From NCBI GenBank assembly GCA_963558405.1, contig CAUWGC010000001.1, positions 1-64,000 on the forward strand: 64,000 nucleotides of DNA, written 5' to 3'. This DNA comes from an uncultured Clostridia bacterium. Its GTDB lineage: Bacteria; Bacillota; Clostridia; TANB77; CAG-508. A program made the translations under genes and the position numbers. This document shows positions 32,960 through 44,927 of this stretch, piece after piece. How positions within the stretch are numbered: the stretch's first letter is position 1; every line of letters starts with the position of its first letter. The notes below the pieces were generated by a model. That model was not told where the DNA came from, ran no database searches, and saw nothing but the letters and a program-made list of their open reading frames with translations.

Positions 32960-33130
32960 TTGCAAAATTTTAAACATTATGCTACAATACAAATGGAGTT
33001 AATTTTATTATTTTCATGTTCACCAATCAAACAGTTATTGGTGGGAATGAATTAAAGAGAAAAGGCATCGTGCTTGTCCAAAATCCTATAGTAATAAAAG
33101 CTTAGGATTAGGACAGCCGAGCCTATTTAT
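32960..33130 (+). ncRNA. Candidate structured small RNA with sigma-A promoter
   Basis: TTGCAA-17-TACAAT (extended TG) followed by two long hairpins and a T-rich end. Confidence 0.45.
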
Positions 33131-33263
33131 TTTGCTAAAATTCTTAAAATCAAAGTAAGTGATTTGTTAAATTTAAAATAAACAGAAAAAGAGTGTCCAT
33201 TATTTTAATTCTTCATATAATATACTAATAGTATAAATATACTATTAGTTAGGAGGAAATAAT

Positions 33264-33527
33264 ATGGAACCACAAGTAACAATATATACACCTTGTTGTA
33301 GAAAGGAAAGAAGATGTTGCGTTGATGTTATTATTTTTGTATTGTCAGTTTTATTAGCATTAACAATAGGTCTTATATTAGGTGCAATACCTGCAGTTGC
33401 AGCAATAATTGCAATGGCAATACCAGCATTAATAGTGCTTGCTATTATATTAACATTAGGAATAATTCTTCGTGCTGTTGAATTAAAATGTAATAAAAAT
33501 CATTGCAAAAGAAAAGAGTGCTGTTAA
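33264..33527 (+). CDS. Small Cys-rich two-TM protein
   Basis: AGGAGG RBS; CC motifs flanking two hydrophobic helices. Confidence 0.75.
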   Translation: MEPQVTIYTPCCRKERRCCVDVIIFVLSVLLALTIGLILGAIPAVAAIIAMAIPALIVLAIILTLGIILRAVELKCNKNHCKRKECC

Positions 33528-33631
33528 AATAAAAGGTGGAAGAAATTCCGCCGTACATATAGATGTAAAAACTATTGAAAAAAATAAAATAATAATATAC
33601 AATAAAGAAAAAATGAAAGAAGGAAACAAAT

Positions 33632-34480
33632 ATGGCAGAGATTATTGATGGAAAACTATTAGCAAAAAAAATAAGAGATAATTTAAAAAAAGAAGTAGAA
33701 TTATTAAAAAAGCAAAACATTTATCCAAGATTAGCTGTTATTATGGTTGGAGGTAATCCAGCATCTAAAATATATGTTAAAAATAAAAGTAAAGCATGTG
33801 ATGAAATAGGAATAGAAGATGAAGAATATTTATTGGACCCAGATATTACAAATGAAAAATTATTAGGATTAATTGATAAATTAAATAATAAAAAAGATGT
33901 ACATGGAATTTTATTACAAAGTCCAATTCCAAAACATTTAGATATTGTAAAAGCATTTGAAAATATTGATGTAAATAAAGATGTTGACGGTTTTAATCCT
34001 ATAAATGTTGGAAAATTAAATATAGGACAAGATTGTTTTATCTCATGTACACCACATGGGGTTATACGTATGTTAGAAGAATATTCTATTCCAATAGAAG
34101 GAAAAGAAGCTGTAATTATAGGAAGAAGCAATATTGTGGGAAAACCATTAATACAATGTTTACTAGCAAAAAATGCAACAGTTACAGTATGTCATTCAAA
34201 AACACAAAATTTAAAAGAAATTTCAAAAAGAGCTGATATATTAATAGCTGCTTTGGGAAAAGCAAAATTTATAACAGAAGACATGGTAAAAGAAGGAGCA
34301 ACTGTTATTGATGTAGGAATTAATCGCACAGAAGAAGGAAAATTGGTTGGTGATGTTGATTTTGAAAATGTAAAAAATAAAGTATCATATATAACACCGG
34401 TTCCAGGAGGGGTGGGACCAATGACAATTGCAATGCTTATGGAAAACGTAGTAAAAGCAGCTAAAAAACAAATAAAATAA
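33632..34480 (+). CDS. folD: Methylene-THF dehydrogenase/cyclohydrolase
   Basis: KDVDG, GRSNIVGKP, TPVPGGVGPMT. Confidence 0.98.
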   Translation: MAEIIDGKLLAKKIRDNLKKEVELLKKQNIYPRLAVIMVGGNPASKIYVKNKSKACDEIGIEDEEYLLDPDITNEKLLGLIDKLNNKKDVHGILLQSPIPKHLDIVKAFENIDVNKDVDGFNPINVGKLNIGQDCFISCTPHGVIRMLEEYSIPIEGKEAVIIGRSNIVGKPLIQCLLAKNATVTVCHSKTQNLKEISKRADILIAALGKAKFITEDMVKEGATVIDVGINRTEEGKLVGDVDFENVKNKVSYITPVPGGVGPMTIAMLMENVVKAAKKQIK

Positions 34481-34547
34481 TAAAATAAATATAAAAGGGA
34501 GCCTAAATTTATATAGGCTCTTTTTGTATGTTAAAGGAGATAAAATA

Positions 34548-35432
34548 TTGGAAAATAAAAAATATTGGATATGGTTAAATAGAATAAATGGATTGGGAAT
34601 AAAAAAGAAACAAAAATTATTACAAAAATATCACAATCCACAAAATATATGGAATTTATCTTTAGAAGAATTAATAAATACAGAAGGAATAGAAGAAAGT
34701 TTGGCAAAAGAAATTACAAATGAATCATATAAAAAAGGATTAGAGGAAGAAATAGCAAAAATGGAACATGAAAAAATTTTTGTTATTTCCATATATGATG
34801 ATGTATATCCTAAAAAATTAAAAAAACTTTATGATCCACCTATATTGTTATATGCAAAAGGAAATATTGAATTATTAAAAAAAATTTCGATTGCTATAAT
34901 AGGTTGTAGAGAGTATAGTGAATATGGAAAAAATATGGCAATGTATTTTTCTTATCAATTAGCTAAAAAAGGAATAACTGTTATTAGTGGACTGGCAAAG
35001 GGAATTGATAGTTTTGCACATATGTCATCATTAAATACAAAAGGAAATACTATTGCAGTGGTAGGAAATGGATTAGATATTATATATCCTAAGGAAAATA
35101 TAAATTTACAAAATAAAATAATAAAACAAGGAGGATTAATATTGTCTGAATATCCATTAGGAGTAAAACCAGATAAGTATACATTTCCTGCAAGAAATCG
35201 TATTATTAGTGGATTAAGTGATGGAGTTTTAGTAATAGAAGCAAAAGAAAAAAGTGGCACATTAATTACAGTAGATTTTGCACTAGAACAAGGTAAAAAT
35301 GTGTTTTCAATTCCTGGAAACATTACTTCTAAAAATACAGTTGGGACTAATAGATTAATTAAAGAGGGAGCAAAATGTGTTATTGGAATAGAGGATATTT
35401 TGGAAGAATATAAAAATATTAAATTTTTATGA
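34548..35432 (+). CDS. dprA: DNA-processing protein DprA
   Basis: SGLAKGID, FPARNRIISG, SGTLIT. Confidence 0.95.
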   Translation: MENKKYWIWLNRINGLGIKKKQKLLQKYHNPQNIWNLSLEELINTEGIEESLAKEITNESYKKGLEEEIAKMEHEKIFVISIYDDVYPKKLKKLYDPPILLYAKGNIELLKKISIAIIGCREYSEYGKNMAMYFSYQLAKKGITVISGLAKGIDSFAHMSSLNTKGNTIAVVGNGLDIIYPKENINLQNKIIKQGGLILSEYPLGVKPDKYTFPARNRIISGLSDGVLVIEAKEKSGTLITVDFALEQGKNVFSIPGNITSKNTVGTNRLIKEGAKCVIGIEDILEEYKNIKFL

Positions 35433-35501
35433 AAATACTTTAACTTTTCTAGAATATATAATATAATAGGAGCGTAGCTTTAGTTACAAGGAGGAAAGTA
35501 A

Positions 35502-38228
35502 ATGAGTAATCAAGATAAGAAAAACGAAGAAATAGAAAAGACAAAAAAATATGAAGTTGTAGATAAAAAAGCAAAAAAGAAAAAAAATACTAAAACTAAA
35601 ACAGGAAAGAAAAAGGGTAAAGCTAAAAAAGTAATTTTGATTATTATATTAGTATTATTTTTACTTGGTATTATTGCAGTTGGAATATTAGCAGGTATAA
35701 TATGGGGAAAAATTGGTGGAGATATTAATATTTCAAGAGAGCAATTACTAGTAAGAACACAAAATACTACTATTCTAGATAAAGATGGAAATGTTATTGC
35801 AACAGTTTCTGGAGATGAAAATAGAGAGTGGATTGACTTAGATCAAATGTCAAAATATCTGCCAAATGCGTTTATATCTATAGAAGATGAAAGATTTGAA
35901 AAACATCATGGAGTAGATATAAAAAGAACTTTTGGAGCAACTGTTAAGTTTATATTTAATGGTGGAGAATCTAGCTATGGTGGAAGTACTATAACACAAC
36001 AGCTTGTAAAATATATTACAACAGATAAAGACGACTCTGGTGTTAGCGGTGTTATTAGAAAAATAAAAGAAATGGCAAAAGCATATCAAATAGAAAATAT
36101 GATTTCTAAACAACAAATTTTGGAATTATATTTAAATGCTATTCCAATGGGTGGTTTTGGAAAAGAAATTTCTGGTGTGCAAATGGCTGCTAAATATTAT
36201 TTTGATAAAAATGCATCTGATTTAACTTTAGCTGAAAGTGCATATCTTGCAGGTATAAACCACGCACCAAATTTATATAATCCATTTGAAGAAGAAACAG
36301 AAGAAGAAAAAGCTGAAAAAACAGAAAAAATAAAAACTAGAACAAAAATAGTTTTAAATAAAATGAAAGAATTAGGAAGAATTGAAACAGAAGAAGAATA
36401 TAATAAAGCAGTAGAAGAACTAGAAAATGGACTAAATTTTAAAGAGGGAGTTGTAAGAACATTAGAAACAGAATTATCTTATCATACTGCAGCAGCAATA
36501 GATCAAATTACAGAACAATTAGCAGAAGAAAATGGATGGGATAAAAAATGGGCTAAAAAACAATTATATGGTGGAGGATATACTATATATACAACTCAAC
36601 AAACTTGGGTTCAAAGAATAATGGAAGAAGAATACAAGGATGATTATTATATTAAATCTGGTAAAACAAGTGCAAACAAAGATGGTCATACACAATCAGC
36701 AATGGTAATTATAGATAATTCCGACGGTTCTGTTTCTGCAGTAGTTGGAGGATTAGGAACAGATGCAAGTTCTATTGGAGTAAATAGAGCATTAAAACCA
36801 AGACAACCAGGTTCAGCAATTAAGCCAATAGCAGTTATTGTTCCAGGTTTAGTAAATGGAGTAATTACATCTTCAACTGTATATAACGATAATTTTACAA
36901 GATTTGCTAAAGGAACATATCCAGTAAAAAACTCTACAGGATATCTAGGATTAGATACAATTACACATGGAATTGAACGTTCTTCAAATGTTATGGCAAC
37001 AAAGGTTATGGTAGAATTAGGACCATTAGAATCAATTAAGTTTATGAGAAAATTAGGGGTTAGCACATTAATAACTGGTGAAGAAGCTGAAGATGGACAT
37101 AGTGATGAAGGACTATCAACAGCAATGGGAGGTTTAACAGTAGGAATTAGTCCATTGGAAATGGCAGCAGCTTATGCAGCTATTGCAAATAACGGAGTAT
37201 ACCGTACACCAACATTTTATAGTAAAGTTGTAGATAGCAATGGAAAAACTGTACTAGAACCAGAAAGAGAAGAAACAAGAGTATTTTCTGAACAAATTGC
37301 ATATGTAACGCAAGAAATATTAAAGACAGTTGTATATGGTTCTAGAGGAACTGCTACATATTGTAGTATATCAGGAATGGATACAGCAGCAAAAACAGGT
37401 ACAACAAGTGATGACTTTGATAGATGGGTTTGTGGTTTTACACCTTATTATTCAGCAGCAACTTGGTATGGATATGACTATAATGAAGAAGTAGTATGGA
37501 GTGGAACTAACCCAGCAGGACTTTTGTGGAGAAATGTTATGAGACCTGTACATAAAGATTTAGAATCAAAAAGATTTTCTAAACCAGATGGAATTGTAAC
37601 AGCTACTATTTGTAGAGATTCTGGAAAAGTAGCAACAGAAAGTTGTACTAGAAAAGAAACTGCATATTTTGTAAAAGGTACAGTTCCAGAAAAATGTGAT
37701 GGACATACAAAAGTAATGATATGTAAACAAACAGGAAAAATAGCAACAGAATTTTGTAAAGATACAGAAGAAAAAATATTCTTAGAAAAACCAGAAAAAG
37801 AAAGAACAAATTTATGGCAAACTGATTCAGGAAATTTATACAACAAAATAGAAGAAGTATGTAATGTTCATACAAAAGCAATGCCAAAAGTTATAAATGT
37901 AGTTGGATTAAAAGAAGATGAAGCTAAGAAAAAATTAACAGATTTAAAATTAAAAGTAGAAGTAAAATATAAAGAAGATAAGAAAAAAGATAATGGTACT
38001 GTATTATCACAAAGTATAGAAGCTGGAAAAGAAGTTGAAGAAGGAACAACAATAACAATAACAGTAAATAAAAAATCTTCTACAGGCGGAAATACAGAAA
38101 AACCTAATAATACAACAAATTCAACAGGAGGAAGTAATACAGAAAAACCAAGTAATAACACAACAGGAGGAACTAACACAGAAAAACCAAGTGGAAATAA
38201 AGTAACAGGGACAAATGTTACAAATTAA
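35502..38228 (+). CDS. Class A penicillin-binding protein with PASTA domain and repeat tail
   Basis: EDERF, GSTITQQ, SAIK, SSN, KTG; tail with 3x GG-NTEKP repeats. Confidence 0.95.
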   Translation: MSNQDKKNEEIEKTKKYEVVDKKAKKKKNTKTKTGKKKGKAKKVILIIILVLFLLGIIAVGILAGIIWGKIGGDINISREQLLVRTQNTTILDKDGNVIATVSGDENREWIDLDQMSKYLPNAFISIEDERFEKHHGVDIKRTFGATVKFIFNGGESSYGGSTITQQLVKYITTDKDDSGVSGVIRKIKEMAKAYQIENMISKQQILELYLNAIPMGGFGKEISGVQMAAKYYFDKNASDLTLAESAYLAGINHAPNLYNPFEEETEEEKAEKTEKIKTRTKIVLNKMKELGRIETEEEYNKAVEELENGLNFKEGVVRTLETELSYHTAAAIDQITEQLAEENGWDKKWAKKQLYGGGYTIYTTQQTWVQRIMEEEYKDDYYIKSGKTSANKDGHTQSAMVIIDNSDGSVSAVVGGLGTDASSIGVNRALKPRQPGSAIKPIAVIVPGLVNGVITSSTVYNDNFTRFAKGTYPVKNSTGYLGLDTITHGIERSSNVMATKVMVELGPLESIKFMRKLGVSTLITGEEAEDGHSDEGLSTAMGGLTVGISPLEMAAAYAAIANNGVYRTPTFYSKVVDSNGKTVLEPEREETRVFSEQIAYVTQEILKTVVYGSRGTATYCSISGMDTAAKTGTTSDDFDRWVCGFTPYYSAATWYGYDYNEEVVWSGTNPAGLLWRNVMRPVHKDLESKRFSKPDGIVTATICRDSGKVATESCTRKETAYFVKGTVPEKCDGHTKVMICKQTGKIATEFCKDTEEKIFLEKPEKERTNLWQTDSGNLYNKIEEVCNVHTKAMPKVINVVGLKEDEAKKKLTDLKLKVEVKYKEDKKKDNGTVLSQSIEAGKEVEEGTTITITVNKKSSTGGNTEKPNNTTNSTGGSNTEKPSNNTTGGTNTEKPSGNKVTGTNVTN

Positions 38229-38290
38229 AAAATATTGCTCAGAACTAATAAAAAATAGTTCTGAGCAGTAAAAATAGAAAGAGGTAAGAT

Positions 38291-39685
38291 ATGATACAAT
38301 TTTATAATACTCTAACAAAACAAAAAGAAGAATTTAAGCCATTAGAAGGAAACCAAGTAAGAATGTATTCTTGTGGACCAACAGTATATAAAGATGCAAC
38401 TATAGGTAATATGAGAACTAATATTTTTATGGATACATTAAGAAGAACATTAAAATATAATGGATATACATTAAAACATGTAATGAATATAACAGATGTA
38501 GGACACCTTGTTTCAGACGGAGATGAGGGAGAAGACAAAATGATAAAATCTGCAAGAGAAGAAAAGAAAACACCATTAGAAATAGCAGAACACTATACAA
38601 AGCTATTTTTTAGAGATTTAGAAAGATTAAATGTAGATTTACCAGAAATTATAGCAAAAGCTACAGATAATATTTCTGAGATGATAGAATTTGTAAAAAA
38701 ATTAGTGGACAATGGATATGCTTACGAAACATCTACAGCAATTTATTTCGACGTATCAAAATTAGATAAATATGGGATTTTATCTGGAATAGATTTAAGA
38801 AATCAAAAAGCAGGAGCAAGAGTTGAAGTAGACGAAGAAAAAAGAAATCCATATGATTTTGCATTATGGATAAAAGCACCAGAAAATCATTTAATGAAAT
38901 GGGATAGCCCATGGGGATTATCTTATCCTGGATGGCACATTGAATGTTCTACAATGAGTCAAAAATTCTTAGGAGAAGTATTTGATATACATACAGGAGG
39001 AGTTGATTTAATACCAACTCATCATGAAAATGAAATTGCACAAAGCAAAGGTGCATGTGGAAAAATACCTGCTAAATTTTGGATGCATGGAGAATTTTTA
39101 TTAATCAATGGTGGAAAAATGTCTAAGAGCTTAGGAAATGTATACCTAATGGATGATATTATAAACAAAGGATATGACCCACTTGTATATAAAGTTTTCT
39201 GCTTTACTTCTCATTATCGTAATAAACTAAACTTTACATGGGAAGGAATGGATGCAGCTGCAACTAGCTTAGCTAGATTAAGAGAAGGATATTTAAAACA
39301 TATTGATGGAACAGAATCAATAGAAAAAGAAAAAATACAAGAATTTAAACAAAAATTTTTAGAAGCAATTAATGATGATTTAAATATGCCTTTAGCAATG
39401 AGCGTTGTATGGGATGTTGTAAAACAAAGTCAAAAATCAAAACAATATGCAGAACTTTTATTAGATTTTGATAAAGTATTAGGTTTACGTTTAAATGAAA
39501 CAAAAAAACAAGAACAAGAAAAATTAGAATTACCAAAAGAAATTGAAGAATTAATAAATAAAAGAAAAGAAGCAAGAGAACAAAAAGACTGGGCATTATC
39601 TGATAAGATAAGAGATGAATTAAAAGAAAAAGGATATCTAATAAAAGATAGCAAAGAAGGAATGCAAGTAGAGAAAATTAATTAA
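38291..39685 (+). CDS. cysS: Cysteine-tRNA ligase
   Basis: CGPTVY, PGWHIEC, KMSKS. Confidence 0.98.
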   Translation: MIQFYNTLTKQKEEFKPLEGNQVRMYSCGPTVYKDATIGNMRTNIFMDTLRRTLKYNGYTLKHVMNITDVGHLVSDGDEGEDKMIKSAREEKKTPLEIAEHYTKLFFRDLERLNVDLPEIIAKATDNISEMIEFVKKLVDNGYAYETSTAIYFDVSKLDKYGILSGIDLRNQKAGARVEVDEEKRNPYDFALWIKAPENHLMKWDSPWGLSYPGWHIECSTMSQKFLGEVFDIHTGGVDLIPTHHENEIAQSKGACGKIPAKFWMHGEFLLINGGKMSKSLGNVYLMDDIINKGYDPLVYKVFCFTSHYRNKLNFTWEGMDAAATSLARLREGYLKHIDGTESIEKEKIQEFKQKFLEAINDDLNMPLAMSVVWDVVKQSQKSKQYAELLLDFDKVLGLRLNETKKQEQEKLELPKEIEELINKRKEAREQKDWALSDKIRDELKEKGYLIKDSKEGMQVEKIN

Positions 39686-39811
39686 ATAGATATTTCTAAA
39701 AAGTAGGAAACCATTTCCTACTTTTTTCTTAATTTACTTGTAAAAATATTATAGTTAGTGTAAAATATGGAAATGAAGGATATAATATAATAAAAAGGCG
39801 AAGGTGAAGAA

Positions 39812-40858
39812 ATGAGATTTGTAGATGAAAAAAGTAAAGAAGAGTATAAAAAATTTTTAGAAGGGCATGAGAGATGCAATTTTCAGCAATCTTTAGAGTG
39901 GGGAAAAGTAAAGGATAGTTGGACAAATGAGGTTGTTTTAGCAGAAGATGAAAATGGAAATATTATAGGGTCTTTAAGTGTTTTAATTCGTAAAATACCT
40001 ATTTTTGGTAACTTAATGTATTCTTCTAGAGGACCGGTATGTGATATTCATGATGAAAAAGTATTAAAACAATTAACAGATGGAGTAAAAGAACTTGCTA
40101 AAAAATATCATGCATTTGTTTTAAAAATAGAACCAGATATTAAAAGTGATGATAAAGAATTTAGAGAAATTGTTACAAAGTTAGGATATAAAATAAAAGA
40201 CGATGCTAAAGATTTTAGTGAAGAAATTCAACCAAGATATGTATTCCGTTTAGATATAAAAGGAAAAACAGAAGATGAGATTTTTGCAGGATTTCATCAA
40301 AAAACCAGATATAATATTCGTTTAGCAACAAAAAAAGGTGTAACAGTAAAAGAAGGAACAAAAGAAGATTTAAAAGATTTTCATAAAATTATGGTAGAAA
40401 CAGGTTCAAGAGATGGTTTTATTATACGTTCACTAGAGTATTTTGAAAAAATGTACGATGAACTAGCACCAGAACATATGAAGCTATTAATGGCATATTA
40501 TGAAGGAAAGCCTATTTCTGGAGTTATTCCAATTATGTATGGTAATAAAACATGGTACCTTTATGGAGCAAGTAGCAATGAATATCGCAATGTTATGCCA
40601 AACTACCTACTACAATGGGAAATGATTAAATTAGCAATTTCAAGAGGAGATGATATCTACGACTTAAGAGGAGTATCTGGAGTAGTAGATGAATCACATC
40701 CACAATATGGTTTATATAGATTTAAAAAGGGATTTGGAGCAGAGTTTACAGAATTTTTAGGAGAAATTTACATTCCTTTCAAACCAATGTGGTACAAACT
40801 ATATAAAATAGCAGAAAAAACATTTCGTAAATTAAGAGCATTAAAAAGAGGAGTATAA
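39812..40858 (+). CDS. FemABX/MurM lipid II aminoacyl transferase
   Basis: [22 protein letters not shown]. Confidence 0.9.
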   Translation: MRFVDEKSKEEYKKFLEGHERCNFQQSLEWGKVKDSWTNEVVLAEDENGNIIGSLSVLIRKIPIFGNLMYSSRGPVCDIHDEKVLKQLTDGVKELAKKYHAFVLKIEPDIKSDDKEFREIVTKLGYKIKDDAKDFSEEIQPRYVFRLDIKGKTEDEIFAGFHQKTRYNIRLATKKGVTVKEGTKEDLKDFHKIMVETGSRDGFIIRSLEYFEKMYDELAPEHMKLLMAYYEGKPISGVIPIMYGNKTWYLYGASSNEYRNVMPNYLLQWEMIKLAISRGDDIYDLRGVSGVVDESHPQYGLYRFKKGFGAEFTEFLGEIYIPFKPMWYKLYKIAEKTFRKLRALKRGV

Positions 40859-41982
40859 TGAAAAGTTTAATTGTTCAAAGAAAAGATTTAAAACATAATA
40901 TAAGTGTTATAAAAAAAATAGCTAAAAAAAGTAATTTACCAGATGATGAAGGAAATAGAACAAAAATTATAGGGGTAGTAAAAGGAAATGGATATGGACT
41001 AGGATTAGTAGAATTTTCTAATTTCCTTATTGATAATGGAATTGATTTTTTAGCTGTTTCTACAGTAGAAGAAGCAATAAAACTAAGAGAATCTGGAATA
41101 AAATGTGATATTTTAATGTTAGGCTCTACTGGAATACAAAAAGAAATAGAACTATTATTAGAAAATAAAATTATCCTTTCCATAGGTTCTAGTAAGACTG
41201 GTGAAATGGTAAATAATATAGCAAAAAGTAAAAATATAACAGCTAGAGTTCATATAAAAATAGATACAGGAATGGGAAGATATGGATTTATTTCAGAAGA
41301 TATAGAAAATATAGTAGAAACAATAAAAAAATTTACCAATATAAAAATAGAAGGAACTTTTACACATTTTTCACTTGCTTTTTATAATAAAGATGAATGG
41401 ACTTTAAAGCAATTTGATAGATTTTTAAATGTAATAGAAAATCTAAAATTAAATAATATAGAACCAGGAATGTTACATGTATGTAATTCTTCTGCATTTT
41501 TAAAATTTAAAAATATGCATTTAAATGCAGTAAGAATTGGTTCAGCATTTTTGGGTAGAATTTGTATTCCAAATGTATATGGACTTAAAAAAATAGGAAT
41601 ATTAAAAAGTAATGTTGCAGAAATAAAAGATTTACCTAAGGGATGGAATATAGGTTATTCTAATATTTATAAAACTAAAAAAATAACACAAATTGCAGTA
41701 GTTCCATTAGGACATTATGATGGATTTAACGTAGAAGTAGCAAACGACATGTTTAGAAATGTAGACAAGCTAAGAGAATTAAAACATTCAATTTTATCTT
41801 TAAGAAAGAAAAAAAGATTATATGCTAAAATAGGTGAAAAAAAATATGAAATATTGGGACGTGTTGGAATGTATCATATGTGTCTAGATATTACTGGAAG
41901 TGATGTAAAAATTGGAGATGAAGTTATTGTAGATGTTGATACAATGCAGGTAGATAGTAGCATTAGAAGGGAGTATAGATAA
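40858..41982 (+). CDS. alr: Alanine racemase family protein
   Basis: [11 protein letters not shown] lysine, [12 protein letters not shown]. Confidence 0.88.
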   Translation: MKSLIVQRKDLKHNISVIKKIAKKSNLPDDEGNRTKIIGVVKGNGYGLGLVEFSNFLIDNGIDFLAVSTVEEAIKLRESGIKCDILMLGSTGIQKEIELLLENKIILSIGSSKTGEMVNNIAKSKNITARVHIKIDTGMGRYGFISEDIENIVETIKKFTNIKIEGTFTHFSLAFYNKDEWTLKQFDRFLNVIENLKLNNIEPGMLHVCNSSAFLKFKNMHLNAVRIGSAFLGRICIPNVYGLKKIGILKSNVAEIKDLPKGWNIGYSNIYKTKKITQIAVVPLGHYDGFNVEVANDMFRNVDKLRELKHSILSLRKKKRLYAKIGEKKYEILGRVGMYHMCLDITGSDVKIGDEVIVDVDTMQVDSSIRREYR

Positions 41983-41984
41983 TA

Positions 41985-43082
41985 GTGGAACAAGAAAATA
42001 AAAGTAAAGTAGATATTAGCGGTATAGACCCTAATATGCAAAACAAAGAAAAAAAACTTTCATTTTTTAAAAGAGTTTTAATAAGTATAAAAGACTTTGA
42101 CAAATATCAAATTTTTGCTTTAGAAAGTTTTGGAAAAAGCTTAAAATACTTAATACAATTAATGCTTATTTTTACTATTGTTATAACTGCTGGTCTTACT
42201 TATAAATTTTCTGATATTCTTCAAAATGGAATAAATTATTTTAAAGAAGAAATACCTGATCTAAGTTTTGAAAATAGCACTTTAAAAGTAGAACAAAATG
42301 AACCTATTGTTATTAACGAACTACAAAATTTTCCGGGTATAATTATTATAGATACTGTTTCTAATGAAGAAAATATAAATAAAGAAATAGAAAAATTAGG
42401 AACATATCAAAATGGAATTTTATTTTTAAAGGATAAAGTGCTATTAAAAAATTCAATGACAAAACTTGTTGGAACATACATGTATACTGATTTAGTAGAA
42501 CAGTATGGATTAAACTCAAGTTTTTCAAAGCAAGATATTTTAAACTATTTATCTAGTGTTAATTATATGAATGTGTATGGTATATTCTTTAGTGTTACAT
42601 TTGTATATATGTTTATACTATATTTTACATCTGTTTTAATTGATGCAATAATGCTTGCTGCACTAGGATATATAACATCATATATTAGCCATGTAAGATT
42701 CAAATTTAAGCCAGTATTAAACATGGCAATTCATGCTTTAACATTATCAATAATATTAAATATTGGATATATAGTAGTAAATATGTTTACAGGATTTGAA
42801 ATAAAATATTTCCAAATTATGTACACAACAATTTCATATATATACATGGTTACAGCTATTTTAATGATTAAATCAGACATAATAAAACAACAAATGGAAT
42901 TAAATGCACTAAAAGCAGAACAACAAAGAATAAGAGAAGAATTAGAAGCAGAAGAACAAAGAAAGAGATTAGAAAAAGAGGAACAAGAAAGAAGAAAAAG
43001 AAGAGAAGAAAAGAAAAAACAAAAGGAAAAAGAAAAGGAAGAACAAGAAGATAAACCAGAATTAAATCCGAGTGGGAATTAA
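41985..43082 (+). CDS. DUF1189-like membrane protein
   Basis: TM, extracellular loop, three TM, charged tail. Confidence 0.65.
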   Translation: MEQENKSKVDISGIDPNMQNKEKKLSFFKRVLISIKDFDKYQIFALESFGKSLKYLIQLMLIFTIVITAGLTYKFSDILQNGINYFKEEIPDLSFENSTLKVEQNEPIVINELQNFPGIIIIDTVSNEENINKEIEKLGTYQNGILFLKDKVLLKNSMTKLVGTYMYTDLVEQYGLNSSFSKQDILNYLSSVNYMNVYGIFFSVTFVYMFILYFTSVLIDAIMLAALGYITSYISHVRFKFKPVLNMAIHALTLSIILNIGYIVVNMFTGFEIKYFQIMYTTISYIYMVTAILMIKSDIIKQQMELNALKAEQQRIREELEAEEQRKRLEKEEQERRKRREEKKKQKEKEKEEQEDKPELNPSGN

Positions 43083-43109
43083 ACTAAAAATCAAGAAGGG
43101 AGAAATATT

Positions 43110-44927
43110 GTGAGTAAAGATAAAGAAAAACAAAAAAATAATAAGCAAAAAAAGCAAGACACAATATTTTATATTGTTGTTACCTCAATTATATTAGTAC
43201 TATTAATAACAATAGGAATAGCTTATTTTATAACACAAAAGACAGAAAAAGAAGATACAAAAATTCTTGGATATACAGAGCTAATAAAATATATAAATGA
43301 AAACAAAGTAGAAAAAATAGAAATGACAGTAGGAAGTACTTCAGCAAAAATAAAATTAAAAGACGAAGAAGAGGAAAAAAGAACTATTGTACCAAATACA
43401 CAAGCATTTATGGAATTAATACACGAAAAAATGGCAGAAGGTATAGAAATTGATTTAGTTCAAAAACCGGAAAGCGTATTGTTAAGTATTCCAAGAGGAT
43501 TGTTTACTATTCTACCTACACTTATTTTAGTAATATTAATTATCCTAATAGTAAAAATGCAAGGATTAGGAGACAATGGAAAAGTATATGAGCCAGAAGA
43601 AGGAAAAGTAAAAGTTACATTTAAAGATGTAGCTGGTTTGGAAGAAGAAAAAAATGAATTAGTAGAAATTGTAGACTTTTTAAAAAGACCAGAAAAATTT
43701 CATCAAATGGGTGCAAAAACACCAAGAGGAATACTTCTTTGTGGAAAACCCGGTACAGGAAAAACTTTAATTGCAAAAGCAATAGCAGGTGAAGCAAATG
43801 TACCATTTATTTCTATGAGTGGTTCAGAATTTATAGAAATGTTTGCAGGACTTGGAGCATCACGTGTTCGTAAATTATTTGATAAAGCAAGAAAAGTATC
43901 ACCATGTATTATATTTATTGATGAAATAGATGCAATAGGCGCAAGACGAACTGCAGCAAGTGGAGCAGAAACAGAAAATAATCAAACATTAAATCAATTA
44001 TTAGTAGAAATGGATGGATTTGATACAGATGATACTATTATTGTACTTGCAGCAACTAACAGACCAGAAATGTTAGATAAAGCACTATTAAGACCAGGAC
44101 GTTTTGATAGACAAATTGTTATTGCACCACCAGATTTAAAAGGTAGAGAAGAGATTTTAAAAATACATGCAAAAGACAAAAAAATTGCAGAAAATCTTTC
44201 TTTAAAATCTATTGCAGAAGATACAGCAGGTTTTACTGGAGCAGAGCTTGCCAATGTTTTAAATGAAGCAGCAATTATTGCAACAATAAATAAGCATGAG
44301 GCAATAGATAAAAATGATTTGGAAGAAGCGGTAAGAAAAGTAACAGTTGGACTAGAAAAAAAATCTAGAGTAATTTCTGATAAAGATAAAAAATTAACAG
44401 CATATCATGAAGCTGGACATGCTATTGTTAGTTACTTTTTAGATACACAAACAAGTGTAAAAGAAATATCCATTATACCAAGAGGTGTAGCAGGTGGATA
44501 TACTATGTATAAAAATGATGAAGATAAATTTTATGTTTCTAAAACAGAAATGGAAGAAAGACTAGTAGCTTTACTAGGTGGAAGAGCTGCAGAAAAAATA
44601 GCATTAAATGATATTTCAACAGGAGCAAGTAATGATATTCAAGTTGCAACTAAGATTGCAAGAGAAATGATTACGGTATATGGAATGAGTGATACATTAG
44701 GACCTATTTGGGTAGGAGTAGAAGACAACCCATATGAATTAGAATTTTATGGCGAAAATATTGGGGATCAAATTGGTTCTGAAGTTAAAAGATTAATTGA
44801 TACAGCATACTTAAAAGCACAAACAATTTTGGCAGAAAATAGGGATAAACTAGAAGAAGTTGCACAGGTATTAGTTGAAAAAGAAAAGATAACAGAAGAA
44901 GAATTTGAAAATTTCTTTAAAATGTAG
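43110..44927 (+). CDS. ftsH: ATP-dependent zinc metalloprotease FtsH
   Basis: GKPGTGKT, FIDEID, RPGRFDR, HEAGH. Confidence 0.97.
   Translation: MSKDKEKQKNNKQKKQDTIFYIVVTSIILVLLITIGIAYFITQKTEKEDTKILGYTELIKYINENKVEKIEMTVGSTSAKIKLKDEEEEKRTIVPNTQAFMELIHEKMAEGIEIDLVQKPESVLLSIPRGLFTILPTLILVILIILIVKMQGLGDNGKVYEPEEGKVKVTFKDVAGLEEEKNELVEIVDFLKRPEKFHQMGAKTPRGILLCGKPGTGKTLIAKAIAGEANVPFISMSGSEFIEMFAGLGASRVRKLFDKARKVSPCIIFIDEIDAIGARRTAASGAETENNQTLNQLLVEMDGFDTDDTIIVLAATNRPEMLDKALLRPGRFDRQIVIAPPDLKGREEILKIHAKDKKIAENLSLKSIAEDTAGFTGAELANVLNEAAIIATINKHEAIDKNDLEEAVRKVTVGLEKKSRVISDKDKKLTAYHEAGHAIVSYFLDTQTSVKEISIIPRGVAGGYTMYKNDEDKFYVSKTEMEERLVALLGGRAAEKIALNDISTGASNDIQVATKIAREMITVYGMSDTLGPIWVGVEDNPYELEFYGENIGDQIGSEVKRLIDTAYLKAQTILAENRDKLEEVAQVLVEKEKITEEEFENFFKM

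Noticed and set aside
32990-33630. THF or ZTP riboswitch upstream of folD
   Set aside because: Consensus motifs not visible, and another gene lies between the structure and folD
38080-38195. GG-NTEKP repeats at the PBP C-terminus
   Set aside because: Ordinary low-complexity tail
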